A stretch of DNA of 64,000 nt. Source: an uncultured Candidatus Rokubacteria bacterium. Lineage in GTDB: Bacteria; Methylomirabilota; Methylomirabilia; Rokubacteriales; CSP1-6. The stretch is taken from NCBI GenBank assembly GCA_963771355.1, contig CAVYTA010000006.1:2432001-2496000 (forward strand), given 5' to 3'. Within the stretch, counting starts at the first letter, position 1. Each line of letters begins with the position of its first letter. The translations under genes were made by a program, and so were the position numbers. The notes under the pieces were generated by a model. The model did no database searches and was not told the DNA's origin. It saw only the letters and a list, made by a program, of their open reading frames with translations. Below, piece after piece: positions 49,304-58,357 of this stretch.

Positions 49304-51091
49304 CTAGGCGCCGTCACGGGGGGCGGGCAGCTCCACGATGGAAGAGGGGCCGTTCCTACGGGGCTCTACCATGAGCCGGCGCGCGTGGAAGGAACCCAGC
49401 GTCGCCCGATGGCCGATGCTGAACATCATCGTATCCGGGAGCCGCTTGCGCATCAGCCGGTAGAGATAGCCCTCCGTCTCCTCGTCCACTGCCGAGGTCG
49501 CCTCGTCGAGAAAGAGCCAGTCGGGCTTCTGAACCAGGGCCCGCGCGAAGGCGATGCGCTGCTGTTCGCCGGGGGAGAGCTGGAGCGCCCAGTGGGCGGA
49601 CTCGTCGAGCCGTCCGCCGAGCTCCGTGAGCCCCACCGCCTCGAGCGCCTCGCGCAGGGTCGTGTCGTCCACCCCGGCCGCCGGCATCGGATAGCTCACC
49701 ACGTCCCGGAGCACGCCGATCGGCAGGTACGGCCGCTGCGGGAGAAAGAGGATTCGGGCGTCCTGCGGGATGTGGATCTCGCCACGCCCGAACGGCCAGA
49801 TGCCGGCGATGGCACGGACGAGTGTGCTCTTGCCCGAGCCCGACGTGCCCCCCAGGAGCACGGTCTCGCCGCGCAAGAGCGAGAGGTTGATGTTCGCCAT
49901 GAGGCGCTGGCCATCGGGTAGATCGAGATCGACCCCCTCGACGGTCAGCTGCGTGGGGCGCCCCTCGGCGAGCCGAACGCCGCTATCGCTCGCCTGCCGG
50001 CGCACGTGCTCGAGCGCACGCTCGAAGTCGGCGAGCCGTTCGACCACGGCACACCACGCCGCGATCTCCTTGTATGACTGCACGAAGAAGCTGAGCGCAT
50101 CCTGGACTTGCTGGAAGGCCTGACTCGTCTGCATGAGGCCGCCGAGCCCGAGCTCGCCTCGGAAGTAGCGGGGTGCCGCGACAATCGACGGGACGATCCA
50201 CGCCCCCAGCCCGTAGCCGGACGTGAAGTAGCTCATCCGCTTCTGCCGACGCATGATGCCCCACCAGTTGCCCACCACATCCTCGAACCGTTGGCGAAAA
50301 CCGCGGAACTCGTCCGTCTCGCCGCGGTAGAGCGCCACACCCTCGGTATTCTCGCGGAAGCGGACGAGGCTGAACCGGAAGTCGGCTTCGTACCGCTGCC
50401 GATCGAAGTTCAACCGGACGAGCGGGCGGCCGAGCCAGTCGGTCAGAAAGGTGCCGAAGAGTGCGTACAGAACGGCCACCCACACCATGTAGCCGGGGAC
50501 GGTGATGGACAATCCGCCCACCGGGACGGTGAACGTTCCGGACAGGCCCCAGAGGATCGCCACGAAGGTCACCAGCGTGACGATCGCGCGCAGGCCTCCG
50601 GTGAACAGTCCGAGGGTGTGGGAGGCGAGGAGGTGCACATCTTCCGCGATCCGCTGGTCCGGGTTATCGGTCTCGCGCGCCACGAGCTGCATCCGATAGT
50701 ACGCGCCATCGGCCAGCCAGGCGCGGAGGTAGCGGTCGGTCAGCCAGCGTCGCCAGCGAATCTCGAGCATCTGGTTGAGATAGACCTGGTAGACGGCAAG
50801 CAGGATGAAGATGCAGATCAGCCAGGTGACGCGGAACAGCTGCCCGCGAAACGCCACCAGATTCTTGTCCTGGAGCGCGGTGTAGAAGGCATTGTTCCAC
50901 TGATTCAAGAGAACCGTGAGGTAGACCATGCCGAGGGTGAGAAGCACGACGGCGAACAGGAGCCCTCGGGCCGCCCACCGGTCATCCGAGAACCAGTACG
51001 GGCGGATCATGGCCCAGGCGCTGGGAAGCGTCCGGCGCAGGCTGATCTTGGTCGGACCCTCAGAGGGCCTGGGGGGAGGGAGGTTAGCCAC
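49304..51091 (-). CDS. ABC transporter fused permease/ATPase, YddA/ABCD-like; start uncertain
   Basis: DNPDQRIAED, EADFRFSL, GTSGSGKS, LPQRPYLP, LSPGEQQR, LDEATSA. Confidence 0.92.
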   Translation of the reverse strand: MANLPPPRPSEGPTKISLRRTLPSAWAMIRPYWFSDDRWAARGLLFAVVLLTLGMVYLTVLLNQWNNAFYTALQDKNLVAFRGQLFRVTWLICIFILLAVYQVYLNQMLEIRWRRWLTDRYLRAWLADGAYYRMQLVARETDNPDQRIAEDVHLLASHTLGLFTGGLRAIVTLVTFVAILWGLSGTFTVPVGGLSITVPGYMVWVAVLYALFGTFLTDWLGRPLVRLNFDRQRYEADFRFSLVRFRENTEGVALYRGETDEFRGFRQRFEDVVGNWWGIMRRQKRMSYFTSGYGLGAWIVPSIVAAPRYFRGELGLGGLMQTSQAFQQVQDALSFFVQSYKEIAAWCAVVERLADFERALEHVRRQASDSGVRLAEGRPTQLTVEGVDLDLPDGQRLMANINLSLLRGETVLLGGTSGSGKSTLVRAIAGIWPFGRGEIHIPQDARILFLPQRPYLPIGVLRDVVSYPMPAAGVDDTTLREALEAVGLTELGGRLDESAHWALQLSPGEQQRIAFARALVQKPDWLFLDEATSAVDEETEGYLYRLMRKRLPDTMMFSIGHRATLGSFHARRLMVEPRRNGPSSIVELPAPRDGA

Positions 51092-51327
51092 GAGCCGCCA
51101 CCGGGAAGCCGCCGAAGGCAATAGCTTGAAACCTTAGGTGGCAAGACCCATAGTGAGATCTCACCCAATGATTTTACAGGACTCGCCGGGAAATGAACTG
51201 AGAAGGATGGGCCGGCCGGCGGCGGCGGCGGCGGGGCCACGATCGGGCCTCGACTCCGAGGCCCCATCCAGGCATGCTTATAGACAATCTCCTGACAGTT
51301 CACAGCTAGGCGACGGAGACCTCAGCG

Positions 51328-52185
51328 ATGCGCCAACCGCTACTCGTACTGCTCGGACGCATATGGCGGGAAGCCCCCCACGGGCTGGGCCCGGGTCTGT
51401 CCCTCGTGAGCCTCGCGTTGGTGGTCGTCGGGTGCGCGAGCCCCTCGCTGATGCCGGAGTCCCAGGCGACGGCCATCAAGAATCGCGAACGAGCTCTCGC
51501 GCCTCACGCCAGCGCCATTCACTCCGCCATTGCCCAATCCGGGAATGCGGGCGCCCTGGTCTTTCTCGACGCCGAGGATGGCCGTCTGGTCGTCCTGCCG
51601 GGCGACAGTCCGGCCGATGCCTGGACGCGTCAGACCGCACCGCCGGAGAGCGGGACCGGTCGCGTGTCGGCGCCGCCGGTGCTCACCTACGTACATCGCG
51701 CGGACATACCCAAGGCTCCCGAGACCGTCACCCGGAGCGTTCTCCAGCAAGAAGGGGCCCTGCGGGTGTCCGTGGCCGCTCTCCAGAGCGAGCTCAGCGA
51801 GGCGCACCGGCGCATCGAGGAGCGCTTGGGCCTCGTACAGCGCGAGCTCGCCGAGTCGATCGCAACGGCGAAGCGGGAGGCAGACACCTCGCTGGCCACC
51901 GCGCGCGCGGACCTGCAGAGGGCGTTGAGCTCGTTCTCCGAGGAGCTGGCGGCGGCCCGTAAGTTCATGCTGCAGACGGCCCAGCTCGGCTGGCTCAATC
52001 ACGAGCTGATTGTCGAGAACGCGAACGCGGTACGGAAGGTGGCGACGGCCAGCCAGGAGCTGACCGCGAGCTCGGCAAAGCTCGAAGAGACCATGCGCCT
52101 GCTCTCGGAGACGCTGACCGGGCAGCTCAAGCAGCTGGCGAGACGGCTCGACACCCTTCAGGGCAAGGTCAGTAGCCTCAAGTGA
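51328..52185 (+). CDS. hypothetical lipoprotein with long C-terminal coiled coil
   Basis: Hydrophobic stretch ending VVGC; heptad-rich helical C-half. Confidence 0.7.
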   Translation: MRQPLLVLLGRIWREAPHGLGPGLSLVSLALVVVGCASPSLMPESQATAIKNRERALAPHASAIHSAIAQSGNAGALVFLDAEDGRLVVLPGDSPADAWTRQTAPPESGTGRVSAPPVLTYVHRADIPKAPETVTRSVLQQEGALRVSVAALQSELSEAHRRIEERLGLVQRELAESIATAKREADTSLATARADLQRALSSFSEELAAARKFMLQTAQLGWLNHELIVENANAVRKVATASQELTASSAKLEETMRLLSETLTGQLKQLARRLDTLQGKVSSLK

Positions 52186-52841
52186 GGTCGGCCATGCACC
52201 ACCGCGACCAGGTGCGAGGACGTCGTCTCCCGCTGCTGGCCGGCCTTCTGCTCTCGCTGATCGCGGCCCCGGACGCGCACGCCGGAGAGTGGGAGACCAT
52301 GCGTGAGAACTACGACAACACGCTCCGGACTCATGCCAAGCGGATCGCCGAGATCGAGGCCAGGGAGCGCGGGGGTCCGGCGGACCAGGAGAAGCGCGCG
52401 GACAAGATCACGAGGGATCGGATCGCCGGAATCAGGGGCTCCCTGAAGGGCGGCGGGAAGGCCCGGAGCCTGGCCGACGCCGCGGGGAGGGCGTCCGGGG
52501 ACCCGAGATCATTGAGCGACGTGGACCAAGAGCAAGGCCAGTACCTCGAGGTCGTCAAGAACGAGTGGCGCGCGGAAGGGGCGGAACGGAGGACGCTCCG
52601 CGAGTCCCTCGCGGCCCTCCCGAAGAACCTCGAGCGCACCAATGCGAGCCTGGCGAGGACGATCGAGGTTGCCGAGGCCACCACCATGCACGTGCCGCAT
52701 TCCGGCGTGCTCGAGAGGGTCGCGGAGATCGAGGGCGAGGCGAAAGAGCGGGCGAAATGGGAGCACGACCGGGCCGCGCGCGAGCGGGAGCGCCAGCAGA
52801 GAGAGCGCGAAGCCGCTGAGCGCGAGCGGGGCGTGCGGTGA
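52182..52841 (+). CDS. hypothetical secreted, highly charged helical protein
   Basis: Signal peptide ending AHA-G; E/R-rich coiled-coil tail; GTGA overlap with upstream gene. Confidence 0.7.
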   Translation: MRSAMHHRDQVRGRRLPLLAGLLLSLIAAPDAHAGEWETMRENYDNTLRTHAKRIAEIEARERGGPADQEKRADKITRDRIAGIRGSLKGGGKARSLADAAGRASGDPRSLSDVDQEQGQYLEVVKNEWRAEGAERRTLRESLAALPKNLERTNASLARTIEVAEATTMHVPHSGVLERVAEIEGEAKERAKWEHDRAARERERQQREREAAERERGVR

Positions 52842-52845
52842 AGAC

Positions 52846-54759
52846 TTAGAGGTCGAGCTGGCCGCCGACCACCCGCGCGTAGTAGCCCTGCTCGGCGAGG
52901 AGGTCTTCGGGGGCACCCATCTCGGTCAACCGGCCCCCGTCCACGACCAGGATCTTGTCGACCCGCCGGATGGTGGTGAGCCGGTGGGCGACCATCAACG
53001 TCGTGCGACCGCGCATCAGCGCGAAGAGGCTGGCCACGACCTGGGCTTCGCTCTCCACGTCGAGCGCGCTCGTCGGCTCGTCCATCAATAGGATCGGCGC
53101 GTCCTTCAGGAACGCCCGGGCCAGGTTGATCCGCTGCTTCTCTCCGACACTCAAGTGCGCGCCCCCATCCCCGATGACCGTCCGATAGTGCTGGGGTAGC
53201 TTCTGGATGAGCTCGTCGGCCCGGGCGGCGTGCGCGGCGGCCTCGATCTCCTCCATCGTCGCGTCGGGCTTCCCGTAGGAGATGTTCTCGGCCACGGTGG
53301 TGGGCAGGATGATCGGCTCCTGCAAGACCAGGGCGATCTGGGCCCGCAGGTCCTCCAGGCGAAGGTCGCGCAGGTCCACGCCTTCCAGGAGCACGGCACC
53401 GCGCGCGGGGTCGAAGAAGCGCGGCAGCAGGTTCAAGAGCGTCGTCTTGCCGGCGCCGCTCGGACCGATGATGGCCGCCGACGTGCCCGCCAGGAGCTTG
53501 AAGCTGACGTGGTGCAACGCCGGCCGCGAGCTCTCATACGCGAAGGAGACGTCGTCGTAGGCGACGTTGCCGTAGACCGGGAGCGGGGGCCGCGGCGGCC
53601 CGGCACGCCCGCCTCCGGCGGCGGCGAACATGTCGTCGGCCGAGGTGGGGAGCTCCGCCGGTCCGTAGAGGTCCCGGCCCTGGTAGACCCGGCGCGCCTC
53701 CGGGCGGTCCTTCACCTCCTCGGGCGTGTCCAGGATCTCGAACACCCGCCCGGTGCTCGCGCGGGCGCTCGACAGGGTGGCCCCGACCTGCGAGAGTTGA
53801 TGGAGCGGCTCGAAGAGCTGGGCGACGTAGGCAAGAAACACCAGCAGCTCCCCCACCGACAGGTTGGCGTCCAGCACCTGCTGAGCGCCCACCCAGGTCA
53901 CCCCGAGCGTGCACACGCTCAGGATCACCGAGATCGAGCCCCAGTAGAAGACCTCGAGCCCCTGCTGCGCCATCTTGTGCTGGCGCGCCTTTTCGGTGTG
54001 CGCCGTGAAGCGCTGCCGCTCGTGGTCCTCACGCGCATGGCTCTGAATCAGCGGCAGGGCGGTGATCCCCTGGTGGATCAGCGCGTAGACTTTGCCCTCC
54101 GCTTGCTGGGCGGCCGTGCCCCGGATCCGCATCGCCCGTCCGAAGACATTGATCGACAGCACCAGGATCGGTACCGCGACCAGGGCCACCGCGGTGAGGC
54201 GCAAGTTCAGCCGGGCCATCGCCACCGCCATGAACAGGAGCGTGCCGGTGGCGCTGAGGAAGATCAGCAACCCCTGCAGGAACAGGGTTTGAAAAGCGAC
54301 CGTGTCCGTCCCGGCGCGGAAGATGATGTCGCCCGCCTGGGTGCCGTGGTGATAGCGCAGCGAGAGGCGCTGGAGCCAGCCGAACACCTCATCGCGAACC
54401 CGCCGCAAACCCCGGAGGCCCACCCCGATCGAGAGGTACACGTGCCCGGCACAGGCGGCGGCGTGCGCCAGGTGAAGGGCCAGCGACGCCGCCACGATGG
54501 TGGTGAGCATGGCGGGCTGCCCCCAGGACTGCACCCCGTCCGGCAGCCACCCGGGGTACGGCTTGCTGCCGAGGATGTTGTCGACCAGGAGGGCCAGGGG
54601 CCAGGGCTTGAGCAGGTTGAGCCCGATGCTGAGGAGCAATAGACCCAGGGACAGGGAAATTCTTCCAGCATCAGGGCGGAAGTAACCCAGCGCCCGGAGC
54701 AACTGGCGAAAACGTCCAACAGCAGAGCTGATTTCGCGCGTCAAACCGTTGGGATCCAT
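52846..54759 (-). CDS. type IV ABC exporter (MsbA-like fused TMD-NBD)
   Basis: LLKPWPL, GPSGAGKT, LSVGEKQR, MDEPTSALD, AHRL. Confidence 0.92.
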   Translation of the reverse strand: MDPNGLTREISSAVGRFRQLLRALGYFRPDAGRISLSLGLLLLSIGLNLLKPWPLALLVDNILGSKPYPGWLPDGVQSWGQPAMLTTIVAASLALHLAHAAACAGHVYLSIGVGLRGLRRVRDEVFGWLQRLSLRYHHGTQAGDIIFRAGTDTVAFQTLFLQGLLIFLSATGTLLFMAVAMARLNLRLTAVALVAVPILVLSINVFGRAMRIRGTAAQQAEGKVYALIHQGITALPLIQSHAREDHERQRFTAHTEKARQHKMAQQGLEVFYWGSISVILSVCTLGVTWVGAQQVLDANLSVGELLVFLAYVAQLFEPLHQLSQVGATLSSARASTGRVFEILDTPEEVKDRPEARRVYQGRDLYGPAELPTSADDMFAAAGGGRAGPPRPPLPVYGNVAYDDVSFAYESSRPALHHVSFKLLAGTSAAIIGPSGAGKTTLLNLLPRFFDPARGAVLLEGVDLRDLRLEDLRAQIALVLQEPIILPTTVAENISYGKPDATMEEIEAAAHAARADELIQKLPQHYRTVIGDGGAHLSVGEKQRINLARAFLKDAPILLMDEPTSALDVESEAQVVASLFALMRGRTTLMVAHRLTTIRRVDKILVVDGGRLTEMGAPEDLLAEQGYYARVVGGQLDL

Positions 54760-54779
54760 GGAGGCAATTGACTCAAGGC

Positions 54780-54795
54780 AGCAAGCCACGTGCCA
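54780..54795 (-). promoter_or_regulatory. sigma-54 (-24/-12) promoter
   Basis: Minus strand TGGCAC-GTGGC-TTGCT matches TGGCAC-N5-TTGCW, 20 nt upstream of ATG 54759. Confidence 0.75.
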
Positions 54796-55144
54796 CGCCG
54801 CTCGGGCGAATCCGGACCACCGACGAGGCCTTGAAACTTGCCGACTTCTTGGGGCCTGGTCATCGGTCGTCGCGGCGACGGCATCGGGTCACCATGTAAT
54901 TCCTACACAAGCGACCATGTAGGGCGGCCGATCTCGGGGTCCCTGCCCCGTGAGTGAGCACCGCGACCGGACAGCGGCAGCGCGAAGCCCTGGGGGTCCC
55001 CCCCGTTCGCTTCAGACAGGTGAGATCAGTTCTCGAGTCGGATTCAACGGATTTCATGAGCAACTTGGGCCGCTTTCCACGCAAACTTCGGAGCGGTCAT
55101 GCTCGTTCCCATCTGCGCTCATGCTGGGCCGCTCCAGCCATTTC

Positions 55145-55471
55145 CTAGGTGGACTCACCCGTCGCACCGACGTCAGAGAAGGATGACACGATTTCGAAGG
55201 GGGCGTGGCCGTCCACATGATAGAGCTTTCCCCCGTCCTTCACGAAACCCGTGAGCAGTCGGCGCAGAAGGCTGGCCGCCAGGCACAATGCCTGAAGCGA
55301 GCTCGCACCGCGAACGTCGGGCAACTTGTCGTAGAGACCCGTGAGAACCACCGGGCAGGCCCATTCGTGAGGGTCGATTGCGTAGGGGCGTCCAATGCCG
55401 GCCCTGACGTCAAACCGATCTCCCTTTGGACGCGACGCAACGAGCTTCTCTTCGGCTATGAGTTTGGCCAT
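55145..55471 (-). CDS. small hypothetical protein (DUF6968-like)
   Basis: IGRPY, EWACPV, GASSLQALCLA; cassette-like size and composition. Confidence 0.65.
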   Translation of the reverse strand: MAKLIAEEKLVASRPKGDRFDVRAGIGRPYAIDPHEWACPVVLTGLYDKLPDVRGASSLQALCLAASLLRRLLTGFVKDGGKLYHVDGHAPFEIVSSFSDVGATGEST

Positions 55472-55478
55472 CTCTCGA

Positions 55479-56468
55479 CTATTGAACGGTGTAGTCCGCG
55501 CGCTGTAGCAGGGCCGGCGGAATCGTGAGGCCGAGCGCTCGGGCGGTCTTGAGATTGATCGCCAGCTCGAACTTGATCGGCGGCTCCACGGGAAGGTGTG
55601 CGGGGTTCGCGCCACTGAGGATTCGGTGGACGTAGGTGGCGCAACGACGATATAGATCGCGCCGGTCGGTGCCGTACGACATGAGGCCTCCGGCGTCCAC
55701 GAATTCCCTGAGTCCATAGATGGCCGGGAGCCGGCTCATTGCCGCGAAGTCGAGGATCCGCGTCCGGTACGTGAACGTGAAATAGTCTTCCACCGCGATG
55801 AGCGCGTCGATCTGGTCGAAGAGCGCCGTCTCGAACAGCTGTTCGAAAGGCTCGGATCTCTGCAGCTCGAGACGCGTGAGCTTTACTCCCATGGCCCGGG
55901 CTACCCTATCCGTGTCTCTCACGATCAGCGGAGCGGTGAGGTCGCCCGGATTCCAGAGGATGCCGACCCGCGATAGCGCGGGCACCGCCTCCTTAAGGAG
56001 CTGCAATCGCTTGCCGCCCAGCTCAGGCGGGGCCGTGATATACAGCCCGGTGACATTCCCTCCCGGCCGAGCCAGGCTGGCCACGATGCCCTCGAGAGCC
56101 GGGTCGCCACTCGACGCCATGACGATCGGTGTCGTTTGCGTGGCGTGCTTGGCGGCCAGCGTCGCCGGGGTTCCCCGCGTCACGATCACGTCGACCTTGA
56201 GCTGGACCAGCTCGGTCGCGAGGTCCGAGAACCGCTCCGGGCGGCCCTCCGCCGAACGGTACTCGAGCACGAAGGTCTGCCCCTCCACGTACCCGAGTTC
56301 GGCCAGCCCTTGGCGGAACGCGCTGAGGTTCGCCGCGTTCGACGCGACGCCCACGATCTCCAGCACCCCGATGCGGTGAACCTTCCCCGTTGGCTGCGCG
56401 GCGGGGGTGAGCGGCGCGGCCAGAATGAGTACGGCCACAACCAGGCTGAGTGCGGGTAGGCGGTTCAC
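55479..56468 (-). CDS. orphan ABC substrate-binding protein (ABC_sub_bind type)
   Basis: GLAELGYVEG, SLARPGGNVTG, GKRLQLLKE, GGLMSYG, INLKTARALG. Confidence 0.9.
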   Translation of the reverse strand: MNRLPALSLVVAVLILAAPLTPAAQPTGKVHRIGVLEIVGVASNAANLSAFRQGLAELGYVEGQTFVLEYRSAEGRPERFSDLATELVQLKVDVIVTRGTPATLAAKHATQTTPIVMASSGDPALEGIVASLARPGGNVTGLYITAPPELGGKRLQLLKEAVPALSRVGILWNPGDLTAPLIVRDTDRVARAMGVKLTRLELQRSEPFEQLFETALFDQIDALIAVEDYFTFTYRTRILDFAAMSRLPAIYGLREFVDAGGLMSYGTDRRDLYRRCATYVHRILSGANPAHLPVEPPIKFELAINLKTARALGLTIPPALLQRADYTVQ

Positions 56469-56947
56469 GGGTCGGCCAGCATCTTCCGGATGCGCTCCAC
56501 CTCTGACGCGGGCATCCGCTTGAACAGCGGTCTCACCGTGTAGTTGCCAACCATCTTCCCGTTTCGCATGTAGACCCAGTCCGAGATGTCGCCCTCGGCA
56601 ATCTCGATCCGATCGCCAAATTTCACACTCCCCACGATATTGGGCTCATTGTCGATCGTGCCCAGTATCTTACCGTCGCGTCGGGCGATGCCCGTGGCCC
56701 AAAAATATTCCGTGCCCCTCTGGTCGGTCACCATGACTTTCAATGCGAAGCTACTATCTCCTTGCGCTGGCTTCTCGAAGACCTGCCAGAAGGCTGGAAG
56801 CGTGCTCCGTGCTTGTGCGATGGCGCCAAGCATCTCTGGATCGTCTGCCTCGATATTCACCATCTTGTTGTGCTCGCGCTCGGAGCAGGCGATCAGGGAT
56901 CCCGCCAGCACTCCCACCAAGAGGACGGAGATAGCCCTGCGACTCAT
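56465..56947 (-). CDS. DUF2314/YegJ-like lipoprotein
   Basis: Lipobox LIAC, DDPEMLGAIAQARSTL, EYFW, GTIDNEP, ISDW, GNYT. Confidence 0.8.
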   Translation of the reverse strand: MSRRAISVLLVGVLAGSLIACSEREHNKMVNIEADDPEMLGAIAQARSTLPAFWQVFEKPAQGDSSFALKVMVTDQRGTEYFWATGIARRDGKILGTIDNEPNIVGSVKFGDRIEIAEGDISDWVYMRNGKMVGNYTVRPLFKRMPASEVERIRKMLADP

Positions 56948-56955
56948 GCGCTGCG

Positions 56956-56978
56956 GCCAAACGATGGAAGGGTCAGGC
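56956..56978 (-). other. collapsed attC remnant
   Basis: GCCTGAC-CCTTC-CATC-GTTTGGC directly after the LysE stop: mutated R'' plus spacer joined to an R'-like heptamer. Confidence 0.4.
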
Positions 56979-56979
56979 G

Positions 56980-57594
56980 TCATTTCTCGGTAAGGGCAAG
57001 CTTGGCCCCCAACCCGGCGAAGGCGGCGGCAAAGCCATAGCGCAGCCAGCTTTGCACCCGGGCTGACTCCACCACGAGCCTCTGAAAGGCGTGCGCGACA
57101 AAGCCATAGACGACAAAGACTGTGAACGTCATGGCCATGAAGACTGCGCTCAGAAGAAGGAGCTGCCAGAGAGGTTGGCCGGCAGTGGGATCAACGAACT
57201 GGGGCAGAAAGGCCAAGAAGAAGATGGTCAGCTTGGGGTTCAGGATGTTGAGCAGGACGGCCTTGATGACCAGGCCGGCGGCAGAGGTCTTGGAAAGACC
57301 GCCATCCACCGCAAATGCGGACTGGTCGCGCCAGGTTGCATATGCCACGTAGAACAGGTAGACCACGCCGGCGTACTTGAGGACCTGGAAAGCCAGGGCA
57401 CTGGCATGCATGACCGCCGCCAGGCCCAGCACAGTAGCCATGAGATGAGGAACGATCCCTGCCGTGCACCCGATAGCGGCGTACACGCTGGCCTTTCGAC
57501 CTTGGGCCAGGCCCGTCGACACGGTGTAGATGACGCCCGTCCCAGGAATGAGCACGACCACGAGCGACGTGATGAGGAATTCGAGGCTGATCAT
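56980..57594 (-). CDS. LysE/RhtB family translocator
   Basis: IPGTG, LKYAGVVYL, NILNPK, FFLAFLPQF. Confidence 0.9.
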   Translation of the reverse strand: MISLEFLITSLVVVLIPGTGVIYTVSTGLAQGRKASVYAAIGCTAGIVPHLMATVLGLAAVMHASALAFQVLKYAGVVYLFYVAYATWRDQSAFAVDGGLSKTSAAGLVIKAVLLNILNPKLTIFFLAFLPQFVDPTAGQPLWQLLLLSAVFMAMTFTVFVVYGFVAHAFQRLVVESARVQSWLRYGFAAAFAGLGAKLALTEK

Positions 57595-57869
57595 GAGTTC
57601 CCCTGCTGATACGGCGCGGCGGAGCGGGGCGCATCAGACAGCTGCTCGTCCAGAGACTGGCGATACCGCAGGCAGCCCCGAAGAAACTCGGGCCATGTAG
57701 GGACCGTCGGCAGGGGGTCGGTCTTCTCGGGCAGGAGGCCCCAGAGCGCCGGGTGATGCCAGCAGAGCGCGTGTCCGGTGCTGTCACGATGCGCTCGGAT
57801 CCCGGCGCGCAACCGCCTCGCCTCGGCAACCAGTTGCTCGCGTGTCATCGCTTCGAGGTCCTCGTCCAC
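57591..57869 (-). CDS. small hypothetical cassette protein
   Basis: AAGGAG SD plus GTG right after GTTAGCT core site; HRDSTGHALCWHHP motif. Confidence 0.75.
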   Translation of the reverse strand: MDEDLEAMTREQLVAEARRLRAGIRAHRDSTGHALCWHHPALWGLLPEKTDPLPTVPTWPEFLRGCLRYRQSLDEQLSDAPRSAAPYQQGNS

Positions 57870-57892
57870 GATATCTCCTTACCCCCGCGGCG

Positions 57893-57989
57893 AGCTAACG
57901 TTGAAGCTCGCCAGCGTTCCCGCGGCATTCAGCTCGGGCGGTCAGCCGCGCGGCGCTTTGGCCGCGTCGGCTGCACCGGCTTGTTGGAC
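57893..57989 (-). other. chimeric attC site
   Basis: R'' GTCCAAC, L'' GGTGCAGC, hairpin, L' GCTGACC, then 40 nt instead of about 5-8 before R' GTTAGCT. Confidence 0.7.
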
Positions 57990-58357
57990 GCCCGCCTCGT
58001 TGAACTCGCGCCGAGTTCCTTTTTTAGACGTTCGAAGTAGCGACGCTTGGCCCGTTCGACCACCTTCGGATCGTCGCGGTACCGACGCTTCGGCTTGTCG
58101 GCTCTCTTGGCTTCGACAACTTCAATCGACACTCTATCTCCTACACGGAGACGTTGGCTCCACCACTTCAAGTGCTCCTTGGATTCACTATCAAGCCCAC
58201 TCAGTTCAGCAGTGAGCTCCTCTTCTATGGTCTTGCCATCGCGCCCGTTCTCGGCCTTCCGCCGCACCCACGTGATGATGGCAGACAACACGCCGAAGGC
58301 GCGGACTCCGGCCGTGCATATGTACTCTCCATTGATCGACAGCTTGAAGGCAATCAT
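57929..58357 (-). CDS. hypothetical cassette protein reading through its attC
   Basis: Starts after core site GTTAGAC (58374-58380); C-terminus SNKPVQPTRPKRRAAD is translated attC. Confidence 0.75.
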   Translation of the reverse strand: MIAFKLSINGEYICTAGVRAFGVLSAIITWVRRKAENGRDGKTIEEELTAELSGLDSESKEHLKWWSQRLRVGDRVSIEVVEAKRADKPKRRYRDDPKVVERAKRRYFERLKKELGASSTRRASNKPVQPTRPKRRAADRPS

